The notes under the pieces are model-generated. The model made no database searches, was not told the origin of the DNA, and saw only the letters and a list, made by a program, of their open reading frames with translations. A stretch of 64,000 bases of DNA, taken from UHGV virus genome UHGV-0240317. One strand, 5' to 3'. Of this stretch, positions 18,817 through 29,360 are shown piece after piece. The position numbers were made by a program, and so were the translations under genes. Source of the DNA: a virus. Within the stretch, counting starts at the first letter, position 1. Each line of letters starts with the position of its first letter.

Positions 18817-19617
18817 TTAGTGCAGTTGCTCAGCAGACTCTTTTTCAGACATAGCTGAGATTTGCTTCACAAAATCATCACCGAAGTTAATGCGTAGCTT
18901 CTCTTCAATGATTGAAGCACCAATACTCACCAAAACATCATTGATTGCTTGCATACTAACGCCACCAGTCATCTCCTCAATGAACTCAATACTCACACCC
19001 ATCATCTGTGACAGTTGGATTAGTGCAACGATATTCATCATCGTAGAGATAGCTGGAATCATCAGTGCAACTTTCACCTGAAGTGGTTCAATGTCAGCTA
19101 CAGAGTCATTTTCAACAGCTTTTTCCAAAGACTCTTTAGTTTGCTGGATAATCTCTTTGATTCGTGGGTTTAATTCTTCTACGCCCCAATCAAGTTTTTC
19201 ATATCGTGAAAGTTTCTCTTCCATGCGCTTCTCAAGAGCAGCCATAACAGCACTAGTTGATGAAATTAACAGGTCAATTAGTTCATCATTACCTGCGAGT
19301 AGTAGCAAGTCTTTTTCTTCAGTGGTCATGGCAATATAGTCATTTTTCTGCATCTTATAAAAAATGAACTCTGCAAGAGCATCAACACCTACAACGATAG
19401 ATGCTAAAGCAAGTGTTTTGTCGCAAAGCATCATGTTAACCTGTTCTGCAAAAGCACCGTTATCAAACTTGTCTTCAGGCAAGTTATAGCTTGCAGGCAT
19501 AAACTGTTCTGTGTAGTTGTTGCCACGAAGAATCATAGCCATGCTTTCTACGGCATTGATTAAGAACGCTTCGTCAACACCTTTTTCTTCAAGCATCTTT
19601 TCTACATCGATATTCAT
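18817..19617 (-). CDS. hypothetical acidic protein
   Basis: 266-aa ORF. Confidence 0.45.
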   Translation of the reverse strand: MNIDVEKMLEEKGVDEAFLINAVESMAMILRGNNYTEQFMPASYNLPEDKFDNGAFAEQVNMMLCDKTLALASIVVGVDALAEFIFYKMQKNDYIAMTTEEKDLLLLAGNDELIDLLISSTSAVMAALEKRMEEKLSRYEKLDWGVEELNPRIKEIIQQTKESLEKAVENDSVADIEPLQVKVALMIPAISTMMNIVALIQLSQMMGVSIEFIEEMTGGVSMQAINDVLVSIGASIIEEKLRINFGDDFVKQISAMSEKESAEQLH

Positions 19618-19618
19618 A

Positions 19619-20041
19619 TTATTTCTCTCTCAGTTTGTTAAGTTTCTTTCTAGAACATTTTAAGTTTTCGGATGAAGAAAAGTCAAGTGTCTTTTCAGAA
19701 CGTGGATAATAGTGCCTATCCCAAGAAGTTTCAACATCGTTAATCAGTGATGCTAGGTTACACAGGTCTGTACCACTTTGCAACCTCTTTTTAAGAGAAT
19801 CTAGTAAAGCAACTGTGTCTTTAGCTTTACGTCTCGCTGTAGCAACATCTTTCATATGCTCAAATACAGAGCATTTTAAGTCATCTTCATAGTTTTCAGA
19901 CAACTCTATTTCATGTTGTATATCAACCATTCTCCTGTGATGGTGAGCATATTCCCGCTGAGCAGCAATGTCAAGTTCTTCCAACTTCTGCAAAGCTCTA
20001 ACAAAGTCAGCTATGTCTGGGTGAACAAACATTTTCTGCAT
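19619..20041 (-). CDS. hypothetical protein
   Basis: 140-aa ORF, first gene of minus-strand block after divergent region. Confidence 0.45.
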   Translation of the reverse strand: MQKMFVHPDIADFVRALQKLEELDIAAQREYAHHHRRMVDIQHEIELSENYEDDLKCSVFEHMKDVATARRKAKDTVALLDSLKKRLQSGTDLCNLASLINDVETSWDRHYYPRSEKTLDFSSSENLKCSRKKLNKLREK

Positions 20042-20298
20042 GTAAGCCTCTTTTAAGTAACTATTAAGTTTTAATCTTTTATCTTAACGTATTCTATACG
20101 TTATACTTTAAAGCTTTTTAAAAGCTATTAAATAATCTTTTAAGAGTTTTAAAGTATCTGTATAGTTAAACTGTTAAGTAACCTTTTAAGTAAAAACCCA
20201 CTTCGCAAAGATTAACACCTTGTCAAGTGCATTGTCAACTTGCTTTTTATAATTTTTTGCAGTAATGTATGAGGTTAATGATTTTAGAGGGAGTAAAA

Positions 20299-22441
20299 AT
20301 GGAAAACGTAGATTTTAAAAACTTACATTTAGTTGGTGATACAGAAACTGATGGTTTACTCCTTGAGTTCACTAAAGTGCACGTAATGGCTTTCGCAGAC
20401 TATAAATCTGACGATGAAGAGCCACCTGTATGGGTCTTTACAGATGAGCCTATCCTCGGTCACAAGTATACCAAGTACATTAAGGGTGGCTTACGTGAAG
20501 GTGTTGAATTTGCGTTAAAGGCAAAACGTCTTTGCATCCATAATGGTCTCGGTTATGACTGGTGGGTTTTTAATCACATTGCACCTGATTTATGGAACTT
20601 TGATAATCCAAAGTGTAAACCGTGGAGTAATTTCTTTCAGGATTCTCTTATCCAGTCTCGTGTTCAGTGGATGGATAGACCAACCCCAAAAGGTTATAAG
20701 GGTGCTCATGGCTTGGCTGCATGGGGTGCTCGTGTTGGTGTCCGTAAACCAGAGATTGAACATTGGGGTGTGTGGAATGCAGAAATCTTCACTCGTGTTG
20801 TAGAAGATATCCGTATTAACGCCAAAACTAAACGGGCACTTGATAATGAATATCTCAAGCTTAAGAAGTGTGGCATAGATACTTATGAAACCTACATGCG
20901 AGCTAAAGAAACATCTTTTTGGATGAGTCAACAAGCTATCAATGGCTGGAAAGCTGATAAAGAGCTTATGGAGTTCCATGTAAAGGAACTTGACAAGTTG
21001 ACTAATGAGCTTGCTTCAGAGGTTGAACCACATCTACCTCCAACTATTAAGACCAAAGGTAAAGTCACTGGAGAAGAGTTTGCAAAAGCTTGGAATGAGT
21101 ATGTTGAAACATTTGGTCATGCAGATGGACTGAAGAGAATTACCAAGTACCCTAAGACAAAGTATCGTCAGCAGGTACGTAATGGTGAGATGCAGACTTA
21201 TGAAATCAAACCATTTGGTAAGCCAACTACAAAGATTTTTAACATTGAAAAGAGAAATTGCTATACACCAACCAACTCTGTAACTGGTGAAGAGTACAAG
21301 GAAGGTTTTGTAGCAATGAAGGATGCTCGTGCAATTTGCAATGAGTTGAATGCAAAGATTGGTAAGAAATGCAAAGACTGGAAGCCAGCAAAAACAGTTA
21401 AGACTGTGAAGTACTATAACAGCCATGTTGTTAACCACTTTGAGCTTGAGTCAAGTCGCTACACAGGTTTGATTGATGCACCATATACACCAATCGAGTT
21501 CGAAGTTTCTCGTATGACTCAGGTAGCAGTTGTTAAAGACTACTTGAAATCAGTTGGTTGGATTCCAGATGACTGGAACTATAAGAAAGACTCTGATGGT
21601 CGTCCTGTTAAGGTTTGTCGCTTCAAAGACAACAAAAAGATGATTACAAAGCATCCTAAATGGCAGGAAATGGTTGAACGGTGTGGTTTGAGCTATGTTG
21701 AACATGAAGGCGTCCAGTACATTGAGCATAACTGGTCTGTGAAGAAATACACAGATTTGCTTGAGCCTTGCTTAATCCGTACTTCACCAAAACTTACTGA
21801 ATCATCTTATGATACGATTGAAGGTGAGCTTGGACAGAAGATTGCTAAGTACTATACTTTGATGCACCGACGCAGAACTATTGAGAACTCAAAGGATGAT
21901 GAGAAAGGTTGGTTAAACCAGATTCGTCCTGATGGTCGCCTTAGTGCTGGTGCAATGGTGTTTGGTACTTCAACTGGACGTATGACACAATATGGTATTG
22001 TAAACGTACCGTCTGGTGCTGCTGTCTATGGAGCACCTATGAGGGAGGTGTGGATTTGTGAAGAGGGGACTAACATTGTTTCTGTTGACCAGAACTCAGC
22101 CCAGCTTGTTTTACTGTGTAACTTTATGGGTGATAAAGACTTCACCAAAGCAGTAACTGAAGGTAAAGAGTCAGTAGAGTTCACTAAGCAAGATGATGGT
22201 AGATACTACTGTAAACATCTTGACAAGTATCTTAACCCAGAAACTGACAAGTATCTGCGTTATGATGCTGAAAATGACCTCTATGAAGTCTACACAGGGA
22301 CTGATGCGCATACACTGAACAGTATTTACTTTGGTCTTAACAAGGAAGAAGATATTGTCCGTTGTAGGGAGACACAGGGTGAGGAACTTCTCCACGAGAT
22401 TACAAAAGGTCGTAAGAAAGCCAAAAATGGCATTTATGCGT
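20299..22441 (+). CDS. DNA polymerase family A (T7 gp5-like), exon 1 (3'-5' exonuclease and N-terminal polymerase domains)
   Basis: ATG 20299 with GAGGGAG RBS; exo motifs LVGDTETDGL and HNGLGYDWWV; exon ends ...RKKAKNGIYA + U, before in-frame stop located in intron. Confidence 0.8.
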
Positions 22442-22709
22442 CAGTGGCGCATGTAAAACGTTGTGAATTGCTGGAAGCCTAAGTCTGTAAAGATATGGTA
22501 ATCAGCAGCGAAGCCTCTTGAGAGGAACGTTCAGAGACTATCGAAAAGCATACTTAATGTATGAACTGAGTAGAGTAGGGTGGTAAGCTAATGACCATAC
22601 CCAAGTGCAACGGTAGCATCACTGCTACGTGATATAGTCCGACACTCCGTAGAAATGCGGAGAAGTTCATAAGAGAACTGGTACACCTTGCGAGTGTATT
22701 GACCAGATG
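22442..22709 (+). mobile_element. ORF-less group I intron in DNA polymerase gene
   Basis: P1: exon ATGCGU pairs with intron GCGCAU (U-G at splice site); P7 strands GTTCAGAGACTATCG and GATATAGTCCGAC; terminal G at 22709; splicing restores ...NGIYALLFGAGDEKF matching T7 pol motif YGFLYGAGDEK. Confidence 0.75.
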
Positions 22710-23266
22710 TATTGTTCGGTGCAGGTGATGAGAAGTTTGCCAAAACCATTAAGGCAGCTTCTACAGAGGAAGGTGCATTGACTAAGCAGACCTACTATAT
22801 GCGTCTACCAAAGATTAAGAAACTACTTGATAGCTTAGAAGCCGATTTTAAGGCGTCTAAAAAGGCTCTGGAAGAGGTTTTTGGGAAGAATTCTTCAATT
22901 GCTAAAGGTGGTTATATCAGAGTCGCTGGAGCATGGATATGGTGCAAATCTCCACATAAACTACTGAACTACCTCCTGATGAGTTCGGAAGCACAGATTC
23001 AGAATGAGGCCATCAACCTAGCAGCAAGAAAAGCCTGTGAAGATGGCCTGACAAAACTGAATGCTCGAAAACCAGCTATCGGAGCAAGGTTACTTCTGGC
23101 ATATCACGATGAAAATAGTTGGGAATGTCCAGAGGGTATGACACAGGATATGAAAGCAATTGCTGACTGGATGTATGGACAAGCTTCAAAAAACTTAGGT
23201 TTGAGGAAAGAAACACTTGTAACTGGTACAGCAAAGGTTGGTAAGAGCTGGTATGAGGTGCATTGA
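22710..23266 (+). CDS. DNA polymerase family A, exon 2 (motif B/C region to C-terminus)
   Basis: Begins (L)LFGAGDEKFAK; contains ...AYHDENSWECPEG (motif C-like HDE) and C-terminal ...WYEVH. Confidence 0.8.
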
Positions 23267-23269
23267 TTG

Positions 23270-23803
23270 ATGGATTTTATTTCACAAAAACGTTTAAAGG
23301 AGCTACTACACTATGACCCCGAAACAGGGGTCTTTACTTGGCTTCGTAGAGAAGGTAAATCAAGAGCTGTTAGTGTTTTTAACAGTAACTATGCAGGAAA
23401 GGTAGCAGGTAATGTTCAGACAGATTCAACTGGTCATAAACAGATTAGTATCTATTTTGACAAGAAAGCACATAAAGCACACAGACTCGCATGGCTTTAT
23501 GTATATGGCAAGATGCCAAAAGGTATCATTGACCATATCAACGGAGACTCTCTTGACAACAGGATTGCAAACTTAAGGGAAGCAGATGACTTCCAAAGTG
23601 CTTGGAATAAAGGTAAACTAGCCACCAATAAATCTGGGTACAAGGGTGTAAGCCTTAAGAAGAAGTCTGGTAAGTGGGTCGCACAGATAAGTTATAAAGG
23701 TAAGAAGATGTTTTTAGGTTACCATGACACCCCTGAAGAAGCCCATAAAGCTTACTGTGAAGCTGCTATGAAACTCCACGGAGAGTTTGCAAAACTAAGT
23801 TGA
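23270..23803 (+). CDS. HNH homing endonuclease with AP2 DNA-binding domain (free-standing, abutting DNA polymerase gene)
   Basis: HNH region HRLAWLYVYGKMPKGIIDHINGDSLDNRIANL; AP2-like SGYKGVSLKKKSGKWVAQISYKGKKMFLGYHDTPEEAHKAY. Confidence 0.75.
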   Translation: MDFISQKRLKELLHYDPETGVFTWLRREGKSRAVSVFNSNYAGKVAGNVQTDSTGHKQISIYFDKKAHKAHRLAWLYVYGKMPKGIIDHINGDSLDNRIANLREADDFQSAWNKGKLATNKSGYKGVSLKKKSGKWVAQISYKGKKMFLGYHDTPEEAHKAYCEAAMKLHGEFAKLS

Positions 23804-23854
23804 CAAGGTGCTCATGGAAGAGTACCTTATACTATATCTTATATAGGAGGGCTT

Positions 23855-24064
23855 ATGAGCCATCGTGGAAGAACCCATGCAGCGATGATGAAAGGTGCTT
23901 CAAAGGAAACTATCAAGAACCGTAAGCAGAAGTTGTTTGAGAGAATGAATAGACTCATTGATAACACTTCCCTGTCTGGTGGTGAGAAAGTTTTCCTTAA
24001 AAGTAACCTTAAAAGCATTGCACAAGAACTTGTAGATATTGAATATTGGGGACATCAAAAATGA
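23855..24064 (+). CDS. hypothetical protein
   Basis: 69 aa; AGGAGGG RBS 6 nt upstream of ATG. Confidence 0.5.
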   Translation: MSHRGRTHAAMMKGASKETIKNRKQKLFERMNRLIDNTSLSGGEKVFLKSNLKSIAQELVDIEYWGHQK

Positions 24065-24279
24065 CACTTGCAGACGTTATTCAGCAACTTCATGATAACT
24101 GCTATACTCCAGAGTTGATTCAGGAGATGTGTATTGTAGTGATGCCTAGCAAGTTCGTAAAAGCCTTTAACAGTGACACTTTAAGGTCTGCACACATTCT
24201 TATTGTTGAAGGGAAGATTGCAAAAGACCGTACCGGAGTCCTTAAGGGTGAACGTATTGATATTGACTTAGCTTTTTAA
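24061..24279 (+). CDS. hypothetical protein
   Basis: ATGA overlap with upstream stop; 72 aa. Confidence 0.45.
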   Translation: MTLADVIQQLHDNCYTPELIQEMCIVVMPSKFVKAFNSDTLRSAHILIVEGKIAKDRTGVLKGERIDIDLAF

Positions 24280-24288
24280 GGGAAAACT

Positions 24289-24495
24289 ATGGAAGTCTTA
24301 GTAAACTATATCTATTGTTATGATGTTGTTCACTCCACTACAACCGTAGCTCAACGTAATCCCATCATCCCACGAGAAGGTGAGTTGGTTCGCATTGATG
24401 GTTGGACTTACACTGTGGAAAGCATCATTCATAAGTTTGATGTTGCTGGCGATGTTCAAGTTATCGACGTAGAGATTGGTGGTAAGAGAAAATGA
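24289..24495 (+). CDS. hypothetical protein
   Basis: 68 aa; stop overlaps ligase start. Confidence 0.45.
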   Translation: MEVLVNYIYCYDVVHSTTTVAQRNPIIPREGELVRIDGWTYTVESIIHKFDVAGDVQVIDVEIGGKRK

Positions 24496-25592
24496 CAATC
24501 CTGTACAAACAAAATAAAGACGGTTCCTTCAACGTCTGGTCATGCGTTGCTGTAGGTGACAAAGTTATTACAACCTACGGTAAAGAAAATGGCAAGATGA
24601 CGTTTGAAGAGTATACAGCAGAACCTAAAAACATCGGTAAAAAGAATGAGCGTAACGCTGAACAGCAAGCCCTCTTTGAAGTTGCTGCTAAGTATAAAAA
24701 ACAAGTTGACCGCAAAGGTTATGCTTACACAAAAGAATCTGCACAGAATACTGAGAAGGTAGGTGTACAGCTTGCTCATGATGCTGCAAAGGTTAGTCAT
24801 GCAAAGTATCTGAAGTTCCCTGCTGATGCTCAACCAAAACTTGATGGTGTCCGTTGTAGAATTTCAAGAGATGCTGATTCAGTCAGTTTCACAGCTTATT
24901 CTCGTGAGAACACTATTTATAAAATTCCTACTGAGCTAACACCTGACATTATGGCAATGTTGAGGCTCCATAAAGATGTTGATGAATTTGATGGTGAGAT
25001 TTATGCTCATGGGTGGGACTTAGAAGATATTGTCTCTATGATTAAAAATGAAGACAATCCTGACAGACACTTACTTAAGTTCTACTGGTATGATATCTGT
25101 GACAGTACTAAAACGTGGCCTGAGCGTAGAGATATTATTGAGACTTCACCATTGAATGACTTTAGAGACGGCTGTAAAGTTGTTCCTGTTAAATCTCGTC
25201 GTGTAAATTCTTGGGAAGAGTTTGATGAAGCTCATGATAAGTGGGTTGAAGCTAAGTTTGAAGGTGCAATGTACCGTTCAATCTCTGAAGACTCCTTCTA
25301 TGAGTGTTGTCACCGTTCATACTTCTTGATTAAGCACAAGAAGATGCACACTGAAGAGTTTAAAGTGACTGGTGTAAAGACTGATAAGCGTGGTCATGGC
25401 AAGTTCGTTGTAGAGACTCTTCCTAACGTCTTTGTAGATGTCTCATGGAAGACTACTCATGAGAAGAAACAGTATCTTGCTGAACATCCTGAAGAGTTTA
25501 TCGGGAAACCTTTGACGGTTCAGTTCCAGAAGATGACTCGTAAAGGTTCTTTACAGTTCCCTGTTGGGTTAGTTATTCGAGACTACGAATAA
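24492..25592 (+). CDS. ATP-dependent DNA ligase
   Basis: 366 aa; nucleotidyltransferase motif I PKLDGVRC (KxDGxR) with downstream motifs (FDGEIYAHG). Confidence 0.75.
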   Translation: MTILYKQNKDGSFNVWSCVAVGDKVITTYGKENGKMTFEEYTAEPKNIGKKNERNAEQQALFEVAAKYKKQVDRKGYAYTKESAQNTEKVGVQLAHDAAKVSHAKYLKFPADAQPKLDGVRCRISRDADSVSFTAYSRENTIYKIPTELTPDIMAMLRLHKDVDEFDGEIYAHGWDLEDIVSMIKNEDNPDRHLLKFYWYDICDSTKTWPERRDIIETSPLNDFRDGCKVVPVKSRRVNSWEEFDEAHDKWVEAKFEGAMYRSISEDSFYECCHRSYFLIKHKKMHTEEFKVTGVKTDKRGHGKFVVETLPNVFVDVSWKTTHEKKQYLAEHPEEFIGKPLTVQFQKMTRKGSLQFPVGLVIRDYE

Positions 25593-25599
25593 AAAGTTG

Positions 25600-25627
25600 T
25601 TGACATAGGAAATTTGGTGAGTATACT
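25600..25627 (+). promoter_or_regulatory. sigma70-like promoter candidate (TTGACA-16 nt-TATACT)
   Basis: TTGACA at 25600-25605, TATACT at 25622-25627; downstream of ligase, upstream of repeat array and accessory genes. Confidence 0.35.
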
Positions 25628-25639
25628 GAGCAGCATAAA

Positions 25640-25975
25640 CCAACGGGTACTCACCAGCATCACTTAAGAGTCTTTTAAAAGGGTTTTTAAGTAATGTGAT
25701 GTTTGGTTTGGTGTGGTCAGGTAATGTGATGTCTGGTTTAGTGCGGTGATGTGCGGTCCGGTAAGGTCCGGTGCGGTAAAGTGCGGGTAGTTAGTCTCAG
25801 CTACATTAAAATGAGACTTACCTTTTTAAAAGGTCTTTAAGAGGGTCTTTTAATAAGGTGCTGTATGGTAAGGTGATGTCTGGTGTGGTAGGGTGAGGTT
25901 AAGTGAAGTGAAGTGAGGTGAGGTATGGGTGGATGGTAGTAGCCACGTTAAAAATCTACCAAGTTTCTAAAGAGT
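25640..25975. repeat. intergenic repeat array 1: two units of [GGTCTTTAAGAGGGTCTTTTAA-like box] + [GGTNN pentamer-periodic tract ~70-100 nt] + [covarying stem-loop]
   Basis: Tracts such as tGGTttGGTgtGGTcaGGTaa... ending GGGTAG, followed by hairpins AGTCTCA-gctacattaaaa-TGAGACT and GGTAG-tagccacgttaaaaat-CTACC. Confidence 0.6.
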
Positions 25976-26018
25976 CTTCTGTTGAGGGTTCTTTACAAAC
26001 AACTTAACAATCAACTAA

Positions 26019-26624
<606 letters not shown>

Positions 26625-26626
26625 TT

Positions 26627-27067
26627 ATGAATACAAAAGCATTAGCAGCAAAGTTTAGTTATGGTGACACTGTATCACACTCTGAGATGGACACCTTCTT
26701 AGGTATTGTGAAGCCAACTTATCAAGGTGACATTGTTAAGTACGAAGATGAAATGAAGGCTTATGCGCTTACACGTCTAAACCGACTTGAGAAGTTTATT
26801 GAGAAGCTTCTTAAAGAAGAGAAGATTTATCTGGTTGCTTCAATGGGTGTTGGTTATCGTGTGGTTGAACCTAAGCATCAAGCAACTATTGCAAAACGCA
26901 AAATGTCTGGTAAGATTGGTCGTGCTTTAAAGCAAGCCACTCAAGCTATTGAGAATGTGAACACTATGGCACTTAGTCATCAAGAACGCTCACGACTGAT
27001 TGAACAGCAAAACCATTTAGCTGCTATGAAAGCTAACATTAACAAGCAACGTAGAAAACCTTTCTAA
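26627..27067 (+). CDS. hypothetical protein
   Basis: 146-aa ORF, basic C-terminus. Confidence 0.5.
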   Translation: MNTKALAAKFSYGDTVSHSEMDTFLGIVKPTYQGDIVKYEDEMKAYALTRLNRLEKFIEKLLKEEKIYLVASMGVGYRVVEPKHQATIAKRKMSGKIGRALKQATQAIENVNTMALSHQERSRLIEQQNHLAAMKANINKQRRKPF

Positions 27068-27077
27068 GTTGACTAGG

Positions 27078-27101
27078 TAGCCTCTTCGGAGGCTCCTTTT
27101 T
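27078..27101 (+). terminator. intrinsic terminator with UUCG tetraloop (AGCCTC ttcg GAGGCT) + U5
   Basis: Inverted repeat 27079-27094 followed by CCTTTTTAAAA. Confidence 0.55.
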
Positions 27102-27495
27102 AAAAGGTCTTTAAGAGGGTCTTTTAATGAGGTTTGGTATGGTCAGGTATGGTGTGGTGTTGTAAGGTTTGGTGCGGTCAGGTTAGGCTTGGTATGGGTA
27201 GTTAATCGGAGCTACATAAAAATCCGATTACATCACTTAAGAGTCTTCTAAGAGGGTTTTTAAGTGGTGTTTGGTAGGATAGAGTAAGGTAAGTTAAGGT
27301 AGGGTGAGGTCTGGTATGGTAAGGTAATGTATGGGTAGTTAATCGGAGCTACATAAAAATGAGACTCACATCACTTAAGAGTCTTTAAAAAGGGTTTTTA
27401 AGTGTTGTGAGGTGATGTAAGGTCGGGTATGGCTATGTCTTGTATGGTTTGGTATGGAAGGATGGCAGTAGCCTTATAAAAAATCTGCCAAATAA
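27093..27495. repeat. intergenic repeat array 2: three units of box + GGTNN periodic tract + stem-loop (paralogous to array 1)
   Basis: Units end GGGTAGTTAATCGGAGCTACATAAAAATCCGATT, ...AATCGGAGCTACATAAAAATGAGACT (chimeric, unpaired), GGCAG-tagccttataaaaaat-CTGCC. Confidence 0.6.
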
Positions 27496-27581
27496 GCTAT
27501 AAAATCTGTTGACAGTTCAGGTGTTATAGCTTATTTTTATACTCAACGTCATACAAAATTTAATATAACTTTGAGGTGTTT

Positions 27582-27965
27582 ATGAAAAAGATTTTATTAG
27601 CTGCTGCAATGGTTATGGCAATGAGTTTACCAGTTAATGCAACAGAACTGCCAAATGTGAACTTATCAGGTGTCCCAGAGGATACTTGCCAGATTGTAAA
27701 AGGTGTTGCTCTAGCTAATGGTGAACTACTTAAACCAATCTCTGAAGAGTCTTTAACAGAGATGACTGACAAGGTAACTGACTATCAGTATCGTGTTCTT
27801 GCAGAGTATTTCCTGCAATCTGCAAATATTAAAGAGAAGCACCATGATGATATTGATGTACAGGCTATGCTTAATCATCGTATTCAGTTTAAAGAAGATT
27901 TGATGCAAAAAGCTATGTATGGTGTTGAGTATTTCTTAGAAAACAGAAGCTGCACAGGTATTTGA
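27582..27965 (+). CDS. hypothetical secreted/periplasmic protein (signal peptide)
   Basis: MKKILLAAAMVMAMSLPVNA-TEL: n-region, hydrophobic core, AxA-like cleavage site. Confidence 0.55.
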   Translation: MKKILLAAAMVMAMSLPVNATELPNVNLSGVPEDTCQIVKGVALANGELLKPISEESLTEMTDKVTDYQYRVLAEYFLQSANIKEKHHDDIDVQAMLNHRIQFKEDLMQKAMYGVEYFLENRSCTGI

Positions 27966-27966
27966 T

Positions 27967-28179
27967 ATGGCTCTTAAAAAGTTACATCCCAGAAGCGGTT
28001 ATGGTAAGATAATTGATGATACAGACGGCTTTACAGTCTTTACAGTTATCTGTCAAGATGATTCACAGATTGAAAAGGCTCTTGATGATTATCTTAATGA
28101 TGAACGTGAAAAGGTTAGGGCTACAAACATAGATTCATTGATTGACACTTCACGCAAACGGAAGAAGAAAGATGAATGA
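27967..28179 (+). CDS. hypothetical protein
   Basis: 70-aa ORF. Confidence 0.4.
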   Translation: MALKKLHPRSGYGKIIDDTDGFTVFTVICQDDSQIEKALDDYLNDEREKVRATNIDSLIDTSRKRKKKDE

Positions 28180-28471
28180 AGTTTTTGACCCTTATGCCCC
28201 ACAAGATGATTGGGAGGCTGATAGAGAGGCTGAAATGGAGAGTTATATTTGTCCAATGGATGTAGACGAAATGAGAGACTTCGTTGCACATCGTTTTAAG
28301 AGAGAGATTAAATCAAGAGGTCTTTCTCAAGAGCAAGTTGCTAAAATTTGTGGTATCTCTCAGTCTCGTGTATCCAACATAATCCATCTCACTGGTAATG
28401 TCTCCCTTGAGTATATGTTGGAAGTATGTGAAAAATTTGGTGTTAATTTCAATTTAAGGTTGGCAGATTAA
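28172..28471 (+). CDS. helix-turn-helix (XRE/Cro-like) DNA-binding protein
   Basis: LSQEQVAKICGISQSRVSNI matches HTH_XRE pattern. Confidence 0.55.
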   Translation: MNEVFDPYAPQDDWEADREAEMESYICPMDVDEMRDFVAHRFKREIKSRGLSQEQVAKICGISQSRVSNIIHLTGNVSLEYMLEVCEKFGVNFNLRLAD

Positions 28472-28472
28472 T

Positions 28473-28832
28473 ATGAAACGTGAAAACATTATCCACTCTG
28501 AAAACTTCGCATTAGGCTTTTATGGTGTACCTACTCACCTTGAAAAGTATTATGGTGTAAAAATTCTTTCCAATCTCATTATGGCTTACAAAGATGGTAA
28601 GATTAAGCATACTGAGAAGAAACGTGTCATGGGCTATATGGCTGTAGGTTCAGCAATCTCGAACATTAAGCTGGAAACAACTAGCAGTCAGATTGTGAAA
28701 GACCACTTCATCAAAGAGCTTTACCAGAATCTTGATGGTGTAGATGTTCAGGCTGTTTGGCTGGATGTTGATGGTCACAACTACACAAGTTTTGTTTTTA
28801 AAAACGATGACATCAAGTGTCTGTTCCCATAA
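28473..28832 (+). CDS. hypothetical protein
   Basis: 119-aa ORF. Confidence 0.45.
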   Translation: MKRENIIHSENFALGFYGVPTHLEKYYGVKILSNLIMAYKDGKIKHTEKKRVMGYMAVGSAISNIKLETTSSQIVKDHFIKELYQNLDGVDVQAVWLDVDGHNYTSFVFKNDDIKCLFP

Positions 28833-28835
28833 TAG

Positions 28836-29360
28836 GTGATTACTATGATTGATATCTACTTACAAGATGCTCATGCAGATTTCCTTAAAGTGATGCTTAA
28901 AAAGTTTATGGCTTCACAGTATGAGAATGAAGCATCTTTTAAAATAGTTACATGTGGCGATGAAGCTGGTTTTGTTGAGATTGAACATGAAGGTACTGGA
29001 AAGATTGTTTGTAAGCTACCTGATAGTATGTTCTCTAGCACATTCTTAACAAAGACTAGTATAAATGTTAAGCTTGTGCCTCAGATTGAAACATACTCTG
29101 GTACAGATTACCCTAAAGGTTTTAAGTCACTGATGAAGCACTTCTTAGATGACTTTGTAAGTAATCTTCTGAGGGAGGTAAAAGAAAGTCGTACAGTGTT
29201 GACTGTAGAGAACATAGGAGGAACTATCAAGGTCACTTCTGACTGTTTTGTTATGAGCCTCTTCGACTTCGTCCCTAAGAACTTTGATGGTATTCTGGAT
29301 GAAGAAGATGACTGTGTAGATTTTATATTGGTTCTTGAGCCAGTTTTTGAGGTTAAATAG
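28836..29360 (+). CDS. hypothetical protein (start 28836 GTG or 28845 ATG)
   Basis: 174-aa ORF. Confidence 0.45.
   Translation: MITMIDIYLQDAHADFLKVMLKKFMASQYENEASFKIVTCGDEAGFVEIEHEGTGKIVCKLPDSMFSSTFLTKTSINVKLVPQIETYSGTDYPKGFKSLMKHFLDDFVSNLLREVKESRTVLTVENIGGTIKVTSDCFVMSLFDFVPKNFDGILDEEDDCVDFILVLEPVFEVK

Noticed and set aside
20543-21438. ORFs 20543-20803 (+), 20590-20979 (-), 21034-21438 (-)
   Set aside because: Alternative-frame or antisense ORFs inside the DNA polymerase coding region.
20269-22482. DNA polymerase ending at the stop codon at 22480-22482, with 22712-23266 as a separate gene
   Set aside because: Conserved polymerase motifs continue in the downstream frame and the gap has group I intron hallmarks; also the annotated ORF start at 20269 is replaced by ATG 20299, which has a proper RBS.
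23800-23833. Canonical sigma70 promoters at TTGACA...TATACT pairs near 23800 and 27509
   Set aside because: Spacers of 22-23 nt are too long; only the pair at 25600-25627 (16-nt spacer) is retained as a candidate.
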